DNA from: Octopus sinensis
Taxonomy: Eukaryota
Direction of reading: 5' to 3'
Assembly (NCBI RefSeq): GCF_006345805.1
Contig: NC_043000.1
Location: forward strand, 162,440,001 to 162,504,000
DNA: 64,000 nt
Position 1 is the first letter of the stretch. Each line of letters begins with the position of its first letter. Positions 27,295 through 40,560 of the stretch are shown here, one piece after another. The notes below the pieces were generated by a model that worked only from the letters and a program-made list of their open reading frames with translations, was not told the DNA's origin and did not search any database. Made by a program: the position numbers and the translations under genes.

Positions 27295-27900
27295 TCAAAT
27301 TTGGCCAGAGGCCTACGCAAAGTTTTCAGAAAGTTTCCATCGTTCTCGACACAATCAAAGAGATCTTGTGCAACTGAAACCCAAGTGTCATTTTGGTCAA
27401 CTGAAGGCAGTTCTGGCACAATCTTGGCAGATACACGGCTCATACCCAAATCTTAGCAGATACACGTCTCATACCCAAATCTTGGCAGATACACGTCTCA
27501 TATCCAAATCTTCAGTGATTATGGAGCGAATTGGATCGTAACTAATCTACATATCCTCTGATAACTCACGGATAATGACTCGATAATTTCACCTCACAGT
27601 TGCACGCACATCTGAGATGTTTTTCTCAGTTCTGCTGGTTGCAGGTCTCCCAGAACGTTTGTTAATATCGACATTTTTCGGCTATCTTGAAAACGTCTGA
27701 ACTAGACGTACACTTGTGTGCAGCTCATACACACTTCTCCATACACTTTCTGCAACATTGCATAGATCACTGAGCAGGTGTCACCATGACAACTTTCTCT
27801 GTCATGATCAAGGCGACGATCACATGCTACACACCTTCCCTCCAAGCAGTGCTGTAAACAACAGAAGTGAGCTAGAACATTAAAACTTAGTGCGCTTGTA
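27295..27900 (-). pseudogene. 5' fragment of a second mariner-type transposase
   Basis: IYAMLQKVYGEVCMSCTQVY (HTH region) followed by RSGRPATSRTEKNI. Internal ~29-bp triplication at 27420-27510. Confidence 0.7.
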
Positions 27901-27954
27901 CAGTAGAGTTTACTTACGGTCAATCTTTGCCAGGCGGTTTTAATTTGACATTCA

Positions 27955-28690
27955 GGGCTACCCACCATCTTTAGCTAAACAACGGCGCCTAAAGAACGTC
28001 AAAGTCAATAAACCCCGGAAGAACCATCATACTCCCGTGTCCGGCATATGTTTCCTAAAGCTACCACACTTTGACGACAGAACTACTGCAACGATACAAC
28101 ACGCAGTCCGCAGGAAAGACTCGACATACAGATAGTTGACACCGGCCCTTCCCTAAGAAAAGCTCTGTCCAAGAACAACACCTCTCACTACTCCGAGGAG
28201 TGTACATTATTGAACTGTCCCAACAATGACCCTAAAGTGCGCCAGAGGACCTATGTTTTGTATAAGATCATTTGTAGCAAATGTGGTACATCCTACATAG
28301 AAAGCACAACAAGAAAACTGCATATACGCATTAAGGAACACATGTAGGCAGACACTTCCGTGAAGAAACATCTACGGAAATGCCGGATCCGGGAATTCAC
28401 AGGGCACATCAAAGCAACACAGCGGAACAGGGGCAACCTTAGAATCTCTGAGGCCATCCTCACACACCAAAAGAAAATTAAGATCAATAATAGAAGGGAG
28501 TTACAGGAAGCTAGCTGGTTGTTATAGCAACACCTTTCTGCGCATGACCACTCCACACACGATCACACACACGCACATCGGTAGCATTCGTTTATTTTCT
28601 TGAAAATGGGGTCATAGCTCCGAAATATTGAATACAAGGTAAGTCTGCAGAAATTCATATATTTGTTTTCTTGTTATTTACCTTTCATTT
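27955..28690 (+). mobile_element. 5'-truncated Penelope-like retroelement (GIY-YIG pseudogene plus 3' end with HHR)
   Basis: Frame from 28201 reads CTLLNCPNNDPKVRQRTYVLYKIICSKCGTSYIESTTRKLHIRIKEHM*ADTSVKKHLRKC...LRISEAILTHQKKIKINNRRE, showing GIY-YIG-type Y, R, H, E and N residues with one stop. Confidence 0.85.
28597..28632 (+). ncRNA. Hammerhead-like motif with U3-A8 core variant
   Basis: TTC-TTGAAAA-T-GGGGT-CATA-GCTCC-GAAATATT-GAA, about 70 nt after the GIY-YIG stop. Confidence 0.5.
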
Positions 28691-29185
28691 ACTTATACAT
28701 ACATACCCACACGTGCACGTCCACATGCACATTTGTTTGTCCTTTAACACCGATTGGCAACCAGTGTTGGTTTGATTACATGCCTGCAACTTAGAGGTTC
28801 GGTAAAAAGAGAGAAGCCGAAAGGATATATATGAAAACTTGAATATGTACTACGGTCGATTACTTTGACAAAAACAGCCCAAGGTGCTGCACCAACATAC
28901 CCGCAGCTTAATCACGGGAAAAACTTTTTTAAAAAAAGGTTAAAAATAACGTATAAAATATTGTGTTTAAAAATAACAATTTTTTAATAATTAATTTACT
29001 GTTGCCTTAATTACAAGTTTGCATGAGTTTAACTGATCGAGAAACTGGAATGATGTCCTACATTCTCTTGGTTGGATTCAAACAGAAAGTCCAGTAAGCG
29101 AGGGTCTTTTTATCTATGTGGATGATAAAACAGCTGTTGTATTCAATTCGAAACAGTTTGCTTCATTGTCATAAGTAACGTGTGT

Positions 29186-29223
<38 letters not shown>

Positions 29224-29726
29224 GGTCATATATTTTTGGGAATGTACGTGTGACCTTCTTACTTGTATGAATATGAATCAATAGCACATGATCACACGGC
29301 AGAGTGAAACGAGATACCCCACTTCATAAAATAATTTTTCACGTATAAAGGTCTCTTGGCGGAATCGGTTGAGTACCTACAACAGGCATTATGGTATTTA
29401 GTTACGTCCATTTAGATTTTAAGATTAAAATCCCGCTGTGGACGAAATTGCTTTTCAATAAGTTCTGAGATCGCTATAACCGATTGTTCACGCGCCATCA
29501 AAAATATCTGCCCTTGGACCTATAAAAGAAATCCTAACAAATACTTTAATATACATATATATTAAGCCTGACTGCGTATCTGAGAATGTGTGTGCGATGT
29601 GTGTGATGTGCGTGTGGTGTGTGCGTGAGTGAGGTAGAAATATCTGTTATAATGCCCGGTTTCACGTTAAGAAACTTTAGAAACGAATATGTATGTATGT
29701 GTGTATGTATATTTTTGCATGGTTGA

Positions 29727-29803
<77 letters not shown>

Positions 29804-29862
29804 CCTATCTATCTATTTATCTATCTACCTATCTATCTGTGTGTGTGTGTCTCTCTCTCTCA

Positions 29863-29928
<66 letters not shown>

Positions 29929-29966
29929 TCAGACAGGCAGAGAGAGGGAGATAGATAGATAGATAA

Positions 29967-30007
<41 letters not shown>

Positions 30008-31277
30008 CAAACGAACACACATATGTATACTCACATAATTACACACACACGTTCACACCCACACATATATTTTATATGGCTTATAGGTATTCAAAAAATA
30101 CATGGGGTAAATGTAGTTGTTTTGATCGACTCACTGTACTTGACCAGAAATATATGTTAGCGACCCTGAAAGAATGAAATTAACTTAATCAGTGCTATAC
30201 AGAGACTAGCTGTGCAGGCTTTGAGAAGACAAATACGATATCTAATTTAGGCATAAGGGCAGACATTTCGGAAATGGCTTAAGGTATAAATTTTATTAAT
30301 GTGACAGGTATAAATTTTATTCATATAAACAGGATGGAAGCTAAAGTCGTCATCAGTGCTTTAACAAAAGACCAGAAGCCTTTTTATGACACACTAATGC
30401 GTTCTTGGCCTAAGTCATGACTTATCAAACTCAATGCAATCACAGTTACATTGCTAAATGGTATAGCGTAATGAAATAAAAGAAGGAACACAACGAATAT
30501 GAAAAGTAGCATTGTCAAATACAATAACGAAACACGTTCACTGGCAACATAAATTATGGTCTGTTAGAGTGTGTTTGTAGGATAAAAATGAGGCTGCTAA
30601 TATATCTGAGAAAATAACAAAAACGAAACATTATGAAAGTAAAGCGAAAACAAAAAATTCAATATCAAACTAACATTAAGAGAAAACCATATTTTGCTAG
30701 CTGAGATGTTGAAATCCAAATCAGATAACGAGAAAATATTAGCCGGACTGAATGTGTCATACGTGCTACTACGAATATCTTAACATGTTGTTATATATAT
30801 ATATATATATATAGATAGATAGATAGATAGATAGACAGATAGAAAGACAGACAGCGAGAAAGACAGACAGATAGAAAGAGAGACAGACAGAAGGAGAGAC
30901 AGGCAGGCAGACAGGCAGACAGGCAAACAGATAGAAAGAGAGATAGACAGTTAGAGACATTTAGTAAAAGACTAAAAGAATATATATCATATTTGTCCAT
31001 AGGAAAAAGGTAAACTTCAAAAGAAATTTTGAACTGTTATAGAGTTATGGAGTGTTATTTCGTTGGTTGTGGCAACCAGAAAGTAATCATTGGCTTCACA
31101 TCTGCAGTTGCATTGGGTAATGTACATGATTCATCAGACGAGCTGATCGGAGGCACATAGTTTCTTTACTGATGGAGGTATATATACAGTCTTGGCCAAT
31201 TTGGTGTTGAAAACAAACCTGAAGCCAGCAATTGTAGACGCGAAACCGATTAAATGCCATAACCGCGGATATACTGT

Positions 31278-31318
<41 letters not shown>

Positions 31319-31340
31319 TACTCTACTATATACTACTATA

Positions 31341-31394
<54 letters not shown>

Positions 31395-31412
31395 TACATA
31401 CACGCGCGCGCA

Positions 31413-31478
<66 letters not shown>

Positions 31479-31537
31479 CAGATAGATAGATATATACAAA
31501 AATCTGTGTGTATATTGTGTGTGCACTCTGTGTGTGT

Positions 31538-31598
<61 letters not shown>

Positions 31599-31993
31599 GT
31601 GTGTGCTTGTGTGTGTGCTACCGAAAAATGATTTTTAAATAAAGTACGAATAATATTTCTTAAAAGCAAAATGAAAATCTACTTCGACAGGTAAAAATGA
31701 AAACTTGGAAAATACATTTCTTTGAATGACGGATTCAATAATTGTTGCGAAATAAAGTAACCAGAGTTATGTGCTCTCAAGTTTTCCTTTTCACTTCTCT
31801 AATTGCGGTTTGTGTCTAGGATATATTGTTTGCCTTAATTTATTTTCAAAAAGTATTTCTCTAACATTATACTGATAATATTTTAGCCATTCCTACCTAT
31901 ATGTGCACGTGCACAAACACTCAGAAACACACACACACACATACACACACACACGCGCACACACACACACACACAATCACTCACTCACACACA

Positions 31994-33256
31994 ACTATAC
32001 ATATAAAACTGAGAATGTGTGTCTGCCTGTCTGTGTGAATCCCTAAAACTGAGAATTACACAACCAATTTCATTCAAATTTTACACATGTCTTACTTAGG
32101 GTCCAAGGAGAGTCATGGGCCAAATAAAGTTTTAACTGCTTGTCTAGGGCGAGCCCATAGCAATATCATATCTTCTCCACTATGCATCCCTAAAACTTGA
32201 GAACTACACAACCAATTTCATTCAAATTTTGCACATGCCTTACTTAGGGTCCACGTAGTGTCATGGGCAATAAAAAATATTTAACTTCAAGCCTAGGGCG
32301 AGCCCACAGCAATATCTTATCTTCTTCACTATATTTCAGTATTACGTGTTAAATGTGAAACAAAAGCATGTATTGTATGTATATGGATGTATATATATAC
32401 ATATATATATAATGATTAAATTAGAGATAGAACCACTATTAGGCAAATCAAACAATGAAAAACATAAACCAAAACATAAAAATAAACATTTAATATAATA
32501 TACAAAATATATAAAATATAAAATTTAAAATTTAAATTATTTAAATTAAAAAATTTTATATTTCAAAAAAATATTTTTTAATTTTAAATCAATAAATGAA
32601 TAACTCCAGAGGTGACTCTTTACTTTCTCCTTAGCCCTCACGTCACACAGTTGTTAATGTTGATTTCAGTTGGGTCACGCCCTTCCAATTGCTATAGATT
32701 CGTAATGTATCTTACGGCTGTGCCTGTCACCTAGATGGTGAGGAATCCTACATTGGGAGTGGTAACGACTAGGGTAGGGTAACTGACTGCTTATAATGAC
32801 CATTCGTCTTTTGGTTTCCTGTAGCTTTGCTCTCTTTTACAAACCCAGTGAACATGTATTTCCTATTTCAAAGAAATTCAAACAATAGATATAAGACCCA
32901 AGTTAAAAAGATTTTCAACAATTCAACTTCTCTGGCTGACATTAAGATGCCCACCCCCAACAGGAGCCTTAACTCTCACATTTTAGAGCTCCATGACCTC
33001 CATTTTTCAGGAGCAAAATCTTTTTAACAGGTTCGATAAGACTGGAATTTTGGAATATGCGCATAAAAATCAGTAGTATGGGATACATGTGGCACAATTA
33101 CAATATTTTTTAGGTTGTGTAAAGAGGGAAATAACCCTCATCTGCAATTTTGAGGAAATTGGAAACATAGATATTCCAGTTCATTACAGAAGATATAACA
33201 GAAAAGTCTAATTTTTCAATTGAATGTAACCGTGCAACGCCGGGTATCTCTGCTAG
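31994..33256 (+). mobile_element. Non-autonomous Helitron-like element
   Basis: 5' ACTATACATATAAAACTGAG. 3' hairpin CCGTGCAACGCCGG then CTAG followed by T. Internal ~147-bp tandem duplication (32039-32185 / 32186-32333). Confidence 0.7.
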
Positions 33257-33299
33257 TATATATATATGAAGGACTCCCCCATCGAAGACGACGTATGAG

Positions 33300-33532
33300 C
33301 GAACAGTTTTTTTTTTTTTTGCCGAATGACCTACACAAGTGATTTGTTTATAGTGATCAAATGTTCGTGCTCAACCAAATTGACGTCGTCTGAAGTGGTT
33401 CACGGTGTACCACGCGTCAGGGGAAGTGCTTTATTCAAGAACAACAACGCAGCACCCGGTCTAGGAATTGAAATCACAATCGCAAGATCGCGAGTGCAAT
33501 ACCCTACCCTAAATGCTAAGCCATGCGCCCTC
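33300..33532 (-). mobile_element. Diverged tRNA-derived SINE related to family B
   Basis: Minus head GAGGGCGCATGGCTTAG...GATTTCAATTCCTAGACCGGG. Confidence 0.55.
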
Positions 33533-33547
33533 ATTATATAAATATAT

Positions 33548-33643
<96 letters not shown>

Positions 33644-33682
33644 ACACACACACACACACATAAACATATATATATATATACA

Positions 33683-33928
33683 CATTCGCTGCTTTCTTCC
33701 AATGAATCTAATGCCGTTAGTTTAGTTTTTCCTTGGGGCTGGCCAGATTGGATCAATTTCGAGTCTAACCAGCCGAAATTGCAAAGACAATCTGGAACTC
33801 GACTGAGGAAAGAAAACTCCGAATGACCCGTCTTCGTTTTCTTTGTATCGTGTATCTTGATGATTTTGCTGTCCCTTTTTTGTATCACCTAATTGTCTGG
33901 AAGTGTTGTGTTCTTGTCCCATTTTGTA

Positions 33929-33930
<2 letters not shown>
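33683..33930 (+). mobile_element. Probable PLE 3'-end fragment between microsatellites
   Basis: Hairpin GGCTGG...CCAGCC followed by GAAATTGCAA. The CUGANGA core is not recognisable. T-rich tail runs into (TA)n. Confidence 0.4.
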
Positions 33931-33959
<29 letters not shown>

Positions 33960-36649
33960 CATATGTTTGTATGTATGTATGTATATATTTCCCCAAAAGA
34001 CTTCGCATGCAACATAGCAATGTAACAAAGGCGAAAGCGTATTGAATCGACTCGAAATGCGAGCACAATCCCAACACTTAATACATATGATTGGGTGTTT
34101 ATATGATCGTTTAGACTGATTTAAGTGATTCACTGGAATGTCATATAAGAATGTAAATTCTGCAATATTTTCCACTTTCTGTCCATTCTGCTTTTCTTGT
34201 ACAAAACCATGACATAATAAGTAAGAAAACAGCTAGCGTTGGTTACAACGGAATCAACTAATACCAGATACAAACATTTGGCCGCTATTCAATTTTAGAA
34301 GGCAGCCGATTGTAAGAATCGTCAGACTCTTGGATAATTACCTTGCAGTATCTGTTCTGGCCCTTTGCGCTTTGAAGTCAAATTGTCCCACTAAATTACT
34401 GGCCTTGTGCATAAGTTAGACACAGTTATTCTTAAGCGCATTGCATTAGCTAAATCGTTAGAGCGGCGGACAAAAATAGCTTTCATCGTTTTTTCACTGA
34501 CTTAAGATAAGCGCAGGCATGGGCTATTATGAAGATGTTCGCTGTGCAAATAACATGATACCAAGTTTAGTCCCAATGCGCAGCACCTAATGACTTGTGA
34601 AAGAATTTGTCGGCGGTAACTGTGTGGAAGCCCCCTCGAATATGTACGTGTATGTACGTATGTGTATGCATATGTAACGCGTGGTTCTTTGTGCTTCTTT
34701 ACGCTACTATAACATAGCAGTTGGGCAAAAATTTATTTTTAAAAATAACTACATGAGTCGATTTGTTCAAACATCCAAGATGGTGTCATACAACAGTTAC
34801 AGTCCAATAACTGAAACGTGTAAAATGGAATAAAAGAAACAAAGAAAAGAAAAACAGAGCCCAGAAACATTTTGCAGGATAGTGTTGTACATGGCAGTAA
34901 ATGCTGCGTAGCACAAGATAAACTAAGAAATTAAAGATGAATATACGAAAATTCTTCTTACCTAATGAGTAGACAAATCGTAGACTCACAAGATGTATCA
35001 ACATCTTTTCAAGAGACAAGTTCAAATCAGGCAGGGGCCAAGATTTTTGTTAGTTCGACAAAATGAATACTAGTAAGTAAACGTTTCGATTAATTAGATT
35101 TTATGTCCTTAAAAAGATAAATTAATAAATAGATTTAAAAAATAGGCAAAAAACGAAAATAAAACCATAAAATGCCCTGTGTAAAAGCTTAGAATGATTT
35201 ATGTGTTTAATATTAATAAAGTAATTTAATTATAGTACTGTAATGAATTTTATTGTGATTTTTATTGGTCTATCAAAGACTAATGTTTTGTGAGGAGAAA
35301 TGGAATGTCGTAGGAGTCAGCCATTTACCAAAAGCATTGTGGAGTGAATAAGTTTGCAACAATGCATCCAGTGATACATTGTAGAATACTGATTAGCAGT
35401 AGCATCCTGCCCCATTTTTGTCACTACACACACACACACACACAAAGACAAACATATACATACACCCATACACACACAAAGACACACTCACAAAACACAC
35501 ACACACACACTCTCTTTCACACTCATATACAAGATTATAAATTCTGATTTTGGCATGAGGTTGTGTTTATGCTTCTACATACACACGTACAGAAACACAG
35601 ACACACACGTGCGCGCGCACATACACACAGGCAAACACGTGGCTGTGTGGTTAGTGTTAGAAGTTTGATTCCCGATCACATGGTTCTGAGTCCAGTCCCA
35701 CTGCGTGGTGGAACCTGTGGCAAGTGTCTTTCCCTTTTAAGCGGTTTTGACAGACAGAATCTGAATATATGTATATATACTATATATTCTATATTCTACA
35801 TTAATATTATAAAGAATATAAATAAAACATAAAAAACAGACAGAGTTGGAATTCTTTTGAATAATATATATCCTTATTTACACAATCATACAAAACCCTT
35901 GGATAGATTCCTTCAAAGAATACCAGATAAACCACCCATAATTGGATACAACTCACCCAACAAGAACTCACTACTTGAACAAAACTTGACTTAAACAGGA
36001 TTCGAATAATCCTATCAGGTGGTGCTATTAAGTTAGACATGGCCTGGACCAATCTTTGGTCGAAACATATCTAAGTTTTATCTAAGTTTTATATATATAT
36101 ACACATAAACGCACACAAACACACAACATACTAACTATAAATGTTGAGAAATTTCGAAAATAAAACTAATGTATACATACATACATACATACATACATAC
36201 ATACATACATACATACATACTATACATGCGTCGTCGTAAAGTGTCGTAGAGATATGATCAAATTTGGGGATGATTCGATTATTAATGTTTATGAGTCGAG
36301 ACATGCACGCTTTTGAGTTTTGGAATGTTGTGCTAGTAGTAGTAGTAGTAGTAGTAGTAGTAGCAGCAGCAGCAGCAGTATCAGTACCATTAGACGTGTA
36401 CATTTTTGTATTTGGTTGTGTTGTTGATGCTGTCATTGTTCTTGGAATGTTTTTAATTTTCTTTTTTTTTTCCGTTCTTTTCGTTTAGTTGTGGTGTGGT
36501 GGAAGTCTTGGTACGAAATCAATAGGAACTATTTCTAGCGAACTTCAATCAATCATTCTTGCTCATTTCTCAACTATCACCATTCATGTTAATTCGTTAG
36601 ATGAGTATATATATATGCACATATATATATATATATATATGTGTGTGTG

Positions 36650-36686
<37 letters not shown>

Positions 36687-37387
36687 ATGTACATATATTA
36701 GTTTTATTGGAGGGCTGGCGTGATCTAGTATCTAGATTATCGAAATTACTACGATGATCCGGTGACTGAAGACTGAGGGGTCGAATGTCCTGTCCTGTTA
36801 TGTATGTCTTATATGAGTTAAGTTCTTGTCCATGTTGTATTTTTCTACATCCTTAATATATTATATATATATTGAGAGAGAGAGAGAGAGAGAGACAGAG
36901 AGACAGACATAGGGAGAGGGGTTATTCAGGTGGGGGCGACAGAGATGTTTTTGTCAGACGATTTTAATCAGTGGAGACATTACTATATAAAACGACTCCT
37001 CCATAGCAATTGCAAAGACTACAGCCATTATTGTCACTGTTGTTGTCTAGTTATTGTTGCCGCTTTTGTAGCTCGTCGTGGAGGTGGTGTTGGCGGTGGT
37101 GGTCATGGTGATGATGATGGTGGTAGTCGTTGTTCTTGCTGTTGTTGTTGTTGTTGTTGTTGTTGCTTTTCTTGTGGTGAAAGTGGAGTTGGAAATGGCC
37201 CTGATGGTGGTAATGATGGTTGTTGTGGTTTTGATAGCAGTAGTGGTGGAACTGGTGATAATGATGTTGTCGATAGTAATAGTAGTGGTAGAAATAGGGG
37301 TAATGGTGACGGTAGGGTCATTATAATTGTGTATGTGGTGTGCGACTGCTTGCGTGTGTGTTTAGTGTACGTGTTGTGCAATGAGTT

Positions 37388-37419
<32 letters not shown>

Positions 37420-37433
37420 CATACATACATACA

Positions 37434-37472
<39 letters not shown>

Positions 37473-37563
37473 AGCTGTATTTATATATATATATATAAAT
37501 ACAGCCTTGGATTTTTTATCGCATTCTGTTAATTTATATATATACATATATTATATATTTTAT

Positions 37564-37596
<33 letters not shown>

Positions 37597-37950
37597 CACA
37601 TCAAATAACAGAATGAGATTTAAAAAATCCTACGCTGTGAATATATATTAGATTGCGTGTATTTAGTTAAATCATCACAAGTATATTTCATTAACAGGGT
37701 AATTATTAAGTTCATAATGTAAATAGCACGATCAAGTCTTCTACTCAAATCGGTAGATTCGAGCGTGACCGGCCTTATGAGAAAGAAATGTCTAGTAGGT
37801 TATGAAGACACACACATATGGAGAGAGAGGTTGATAGATGGACGCATAAACAACTATCTAAACATAGTGATCACACTCATATACAAACTTCCACTCGTAC
37901 ATTTGCATACATACATACATACATACATACATAATACATACATACATACA

Positions 37951-37982
<32 letters not shown>

Positions 37983-37984
37983 AT

Positions 37985-38157
37985 AATGGTTTCAAATTTT
38001 GGCATACAGCCAGAAAGCTCCTAGGAGGAGGCTTAGTCTATTACATAAACCTCAGTACTCTACTAGTACTTATTTTATCGACCCCACAAAGGATGAAAGG
38101 CAAAGTCAACCTTGGCAGAATTTGAACTCAGAACATAAAGACTGACGAAATGCCGCT
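37985..38157 (-). mobile_element. SINE family A copy
   Basis: ATCGACCCCACAAAGGATGAAAGGCAAAGTCAACCTTGGCAGAATTTGAACTCAGAAC. Confidence 0.75.
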
Positions 38158-38171
38158 ATATATATATATAT

Positions 38172-38396
38172 ACATTCCTTCCAGTCTTCCAAATAGTGAC
38201 CTCGTGTGTACCGTTGTCGATTTTTTTTCCTCTGTCTTCCCTTCTCTGGATCTTTCCTTCTCCTATGTTTCCGACGAAGAGCTCCGCTCGAAACGTTAAA
38301 CCCTCCTTCTTTCCTGAGCATCCAATAATACTATATTTGTTCCACGTCCTCGCGTTGTTGTGTTTTTTTTTGTGCTTTCTTGTTTGGATTAACTTT
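38172..38396 (+). mobile_element. PLE-type 3'-end fragment flanked by (TA)n
   Basis: Pyrimidine-rich segment, HHR motif at 38267-38301, T-rich tail, (TA)n on both sides. Confidence 0.6.
38267..38301 (+). ncRNA. Minimal hammerhead-like motif (U4C)
   Basis: GTTT-CCGACGA-A-GAGC-TCC-GCTC-GAAACGTT-AAAC. Confidence 0.6.
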
Positions 38397-38409
38397 ATAT
38401 ATATACAAC

Positions 38410-38480
<71 letters not shown>

Positions 38481-38842
38481 CATATATATACAACCACATA
38501 TATACATCATATCTGTTTGTGTATTAAGAGAGGATATAGAGAGACAATGAAAGTCAGACAAGCCGATATGTAGGGGGTTTACATATATTTAGTTTCCATC
38601 ACACATCAAAGGAATGTGATCGATATATCAAATATGTGAGTATGTTATGAACACACATACACAGACACGTGCACAAACACACGTGCGCACATACGCACAC
38701 AATCACACGGCATTCTCCTAAGTACAGCAAATTTGCAAACTCCATTATCAGATTTTTTTCACTCACCATCTCTACCCCCATAAATGCATACATCTGTCTT
38801 TTTCTCTCTCTCGCTCTCTCACTCTTTCTCTCTACACATATA

Positions 38843-38877
<35 letters not shown>

Positions 38878-38878
<1 letters not shown>

Positions 38879-39440
38879 TGCGAATGGTTTTTTAAAAGGT
38901 GTCGCGTTTTACGATTCTGTAAATAATAATAATAGTAATTTATTATTGATCACCATGGAAAAGGAAAATAGTCTAATAATGGGGCATATAAGACTGCGAC
39001 AGAAAAAAGTAGGCTTTCCCGGAAGCATGAGACTCGAACACCCATCACTTCGTTAACGCGACTAAGTTTGTTACCGGTTACACAACCGAACCAGCCGGAT
39101 CCTTTCTGTCAAACTTAAGAACTAATTTGCAGTTGTTTTTATACAACCTTTATATGGTTTCAGTGAGAATGGTTTTCTTAAGCGGTGTCGAGTTTTACAA
39201 TTCTGTAAATAATAATAATGGTATTTTTTATAAGCTTAAAGCGATCACCGTGCAAATAACTAAGGAAAAATAGTTTAATAATGAGGCATATAAGCCCTCG
39301 ACAGAAAAAAAGATAGCTTTCCCGTACGCGTGGGACTCGATCCCACATCCCTTTGTTGATGTAAGTAAGTGTATTACCGATTAAACCAGCGAACTAGCCT
39401 GCTCCGTTCTGCCAAACTTAAGAATATATTAGTTCTTAAA
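38878..39440 (-). repeat. Two diverged tandem ~285-300-bp units, each with a tRNA-like sequence and an oligo-T run
   Basis: Both units share GAATGGTTTT...GGTGTCG...ATTCTGTAAATAATAATAAT. tRNA-like segments at 39021-39091 and 39324-39394. Confidence 0.75.
39324..39394 (-). pseudogene. tRNA-like pseudogene, isotype not assignable
   Basis: Acceptor GTTCGC/GCGTAC, A-box TGGTTTAATCGG, T-arm GTGGG-ATCGAGT-CCCAC, downstream T7 run. Anticodon arm poorly paired. Confidence 0.55.
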
Positions 39441-39684
39441 CACACCTACACACACACACATACCTATATATGTATATATATATGTCCTGTATATATTATG
39501 TATATATATAATACATATATATATATATATATATAATATATATATATGTGCGTGTTGTATGTATATAATATGTATATGTATATATATATATATATGTATA
39601 CTTTATATTGCATATATATGTATATATGCATGTGTGGACATATATATATATATATATATATATATCATATATATATATATATAT

Positions 39685-40560
39685 TAGACAGAATGAGATA
39701 ACAAAACCAAGGCTGTGAGGAGTTTTGAGGACATTTATAATGAAATAGTCTTACAGCTGGGATATTATTCATATCCCTTCATGAGAGACGGTGTGAGACA
39801 ATATTTGAGTTCGATTGGGGAAAAGGAGGAGATAGGGAATATAGAGGGATATAAGAGAATGAAAGTAGAAATAAGATATATAAAGTCACTCTAGTTGCAG
39901 TTCCATTATTCCAGAATAATGGTGCAAAGAAGTTTCCTGTACATGGTATGTAACCACCAATAGCAGTTCATGTTTCGTCATTTTAAAGTAGGGAGCTGTG
40001 GAATCAGTGACGCTCGTTCGAAAGTGTTTTGTGGTGTGAATGAAAATTTGAAAATGTATTGGCATATTTGTGAATAGATGGGGGAAAGACAGATGTGAAT
40101 GATTAGAAAGAGGAGATAGGTCGACTATAAAGCAAGAAGAGAAAATGAGAGGAAGAAATGGAGAAAAAAGAAAAAAAAGGAAAGAGGAAAAACAAAAAGT
40201 GAAAAGAGTGAAGAAAAATGTGAAGAATGGGTGAAATAAGTGAGAAAAGGTGTGTTAAGTGGTGGCCACGATAGTGTAATGGCAGGATGGGAGAAGTGTA
40301 GGGAGATAGGAAGAGATGAGAAGGTAAGGAGTAAAAGATTGTGATATGTGTAAGTAGAGGTGATATGATAGTGTTGCAGTAAGTGATGGGTAGAGAAAAG
40401 GTGAGAGAAGGTATGGGTGGGGTGATACCGAAGTGAGTAGAAATTTTGGTAGTAAAATTTAAAGTGGAGGGAAGAATACAAGGATATCAAATTACTATAA
40501 ATAGACGTATGCGATAGGTTAGTGATAGGTTAGTGATCAGAGAGGGGGAAAGAAGGTATA
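39685..40560 (-). mobile_element. Probable PLE 3'-end relic with a decayed hammerhead
   Basis: Minus 39748-39789 reads GTCT-CTCATGA-A-GGGATAT-GAATA-ATATCCC-[no GAAAC]-AGCT-GTA-AGAC. The element ends at (TA)n. The right boundary is approximate. Confidence 0.5.

Noticed and set aside
35870-35930. Very decayed HHR-like segment on the minus strand
   Set aside because: Core and GAAA are both missing, so it is too degenerate to call.
36930-37532. 200-aa Gly/Cys-rich ORF
   Set aside because: Degenerate (GGT)/(GTT)/(GAT) low-complexity sequence running into (TA)n, with no domain or splice support.
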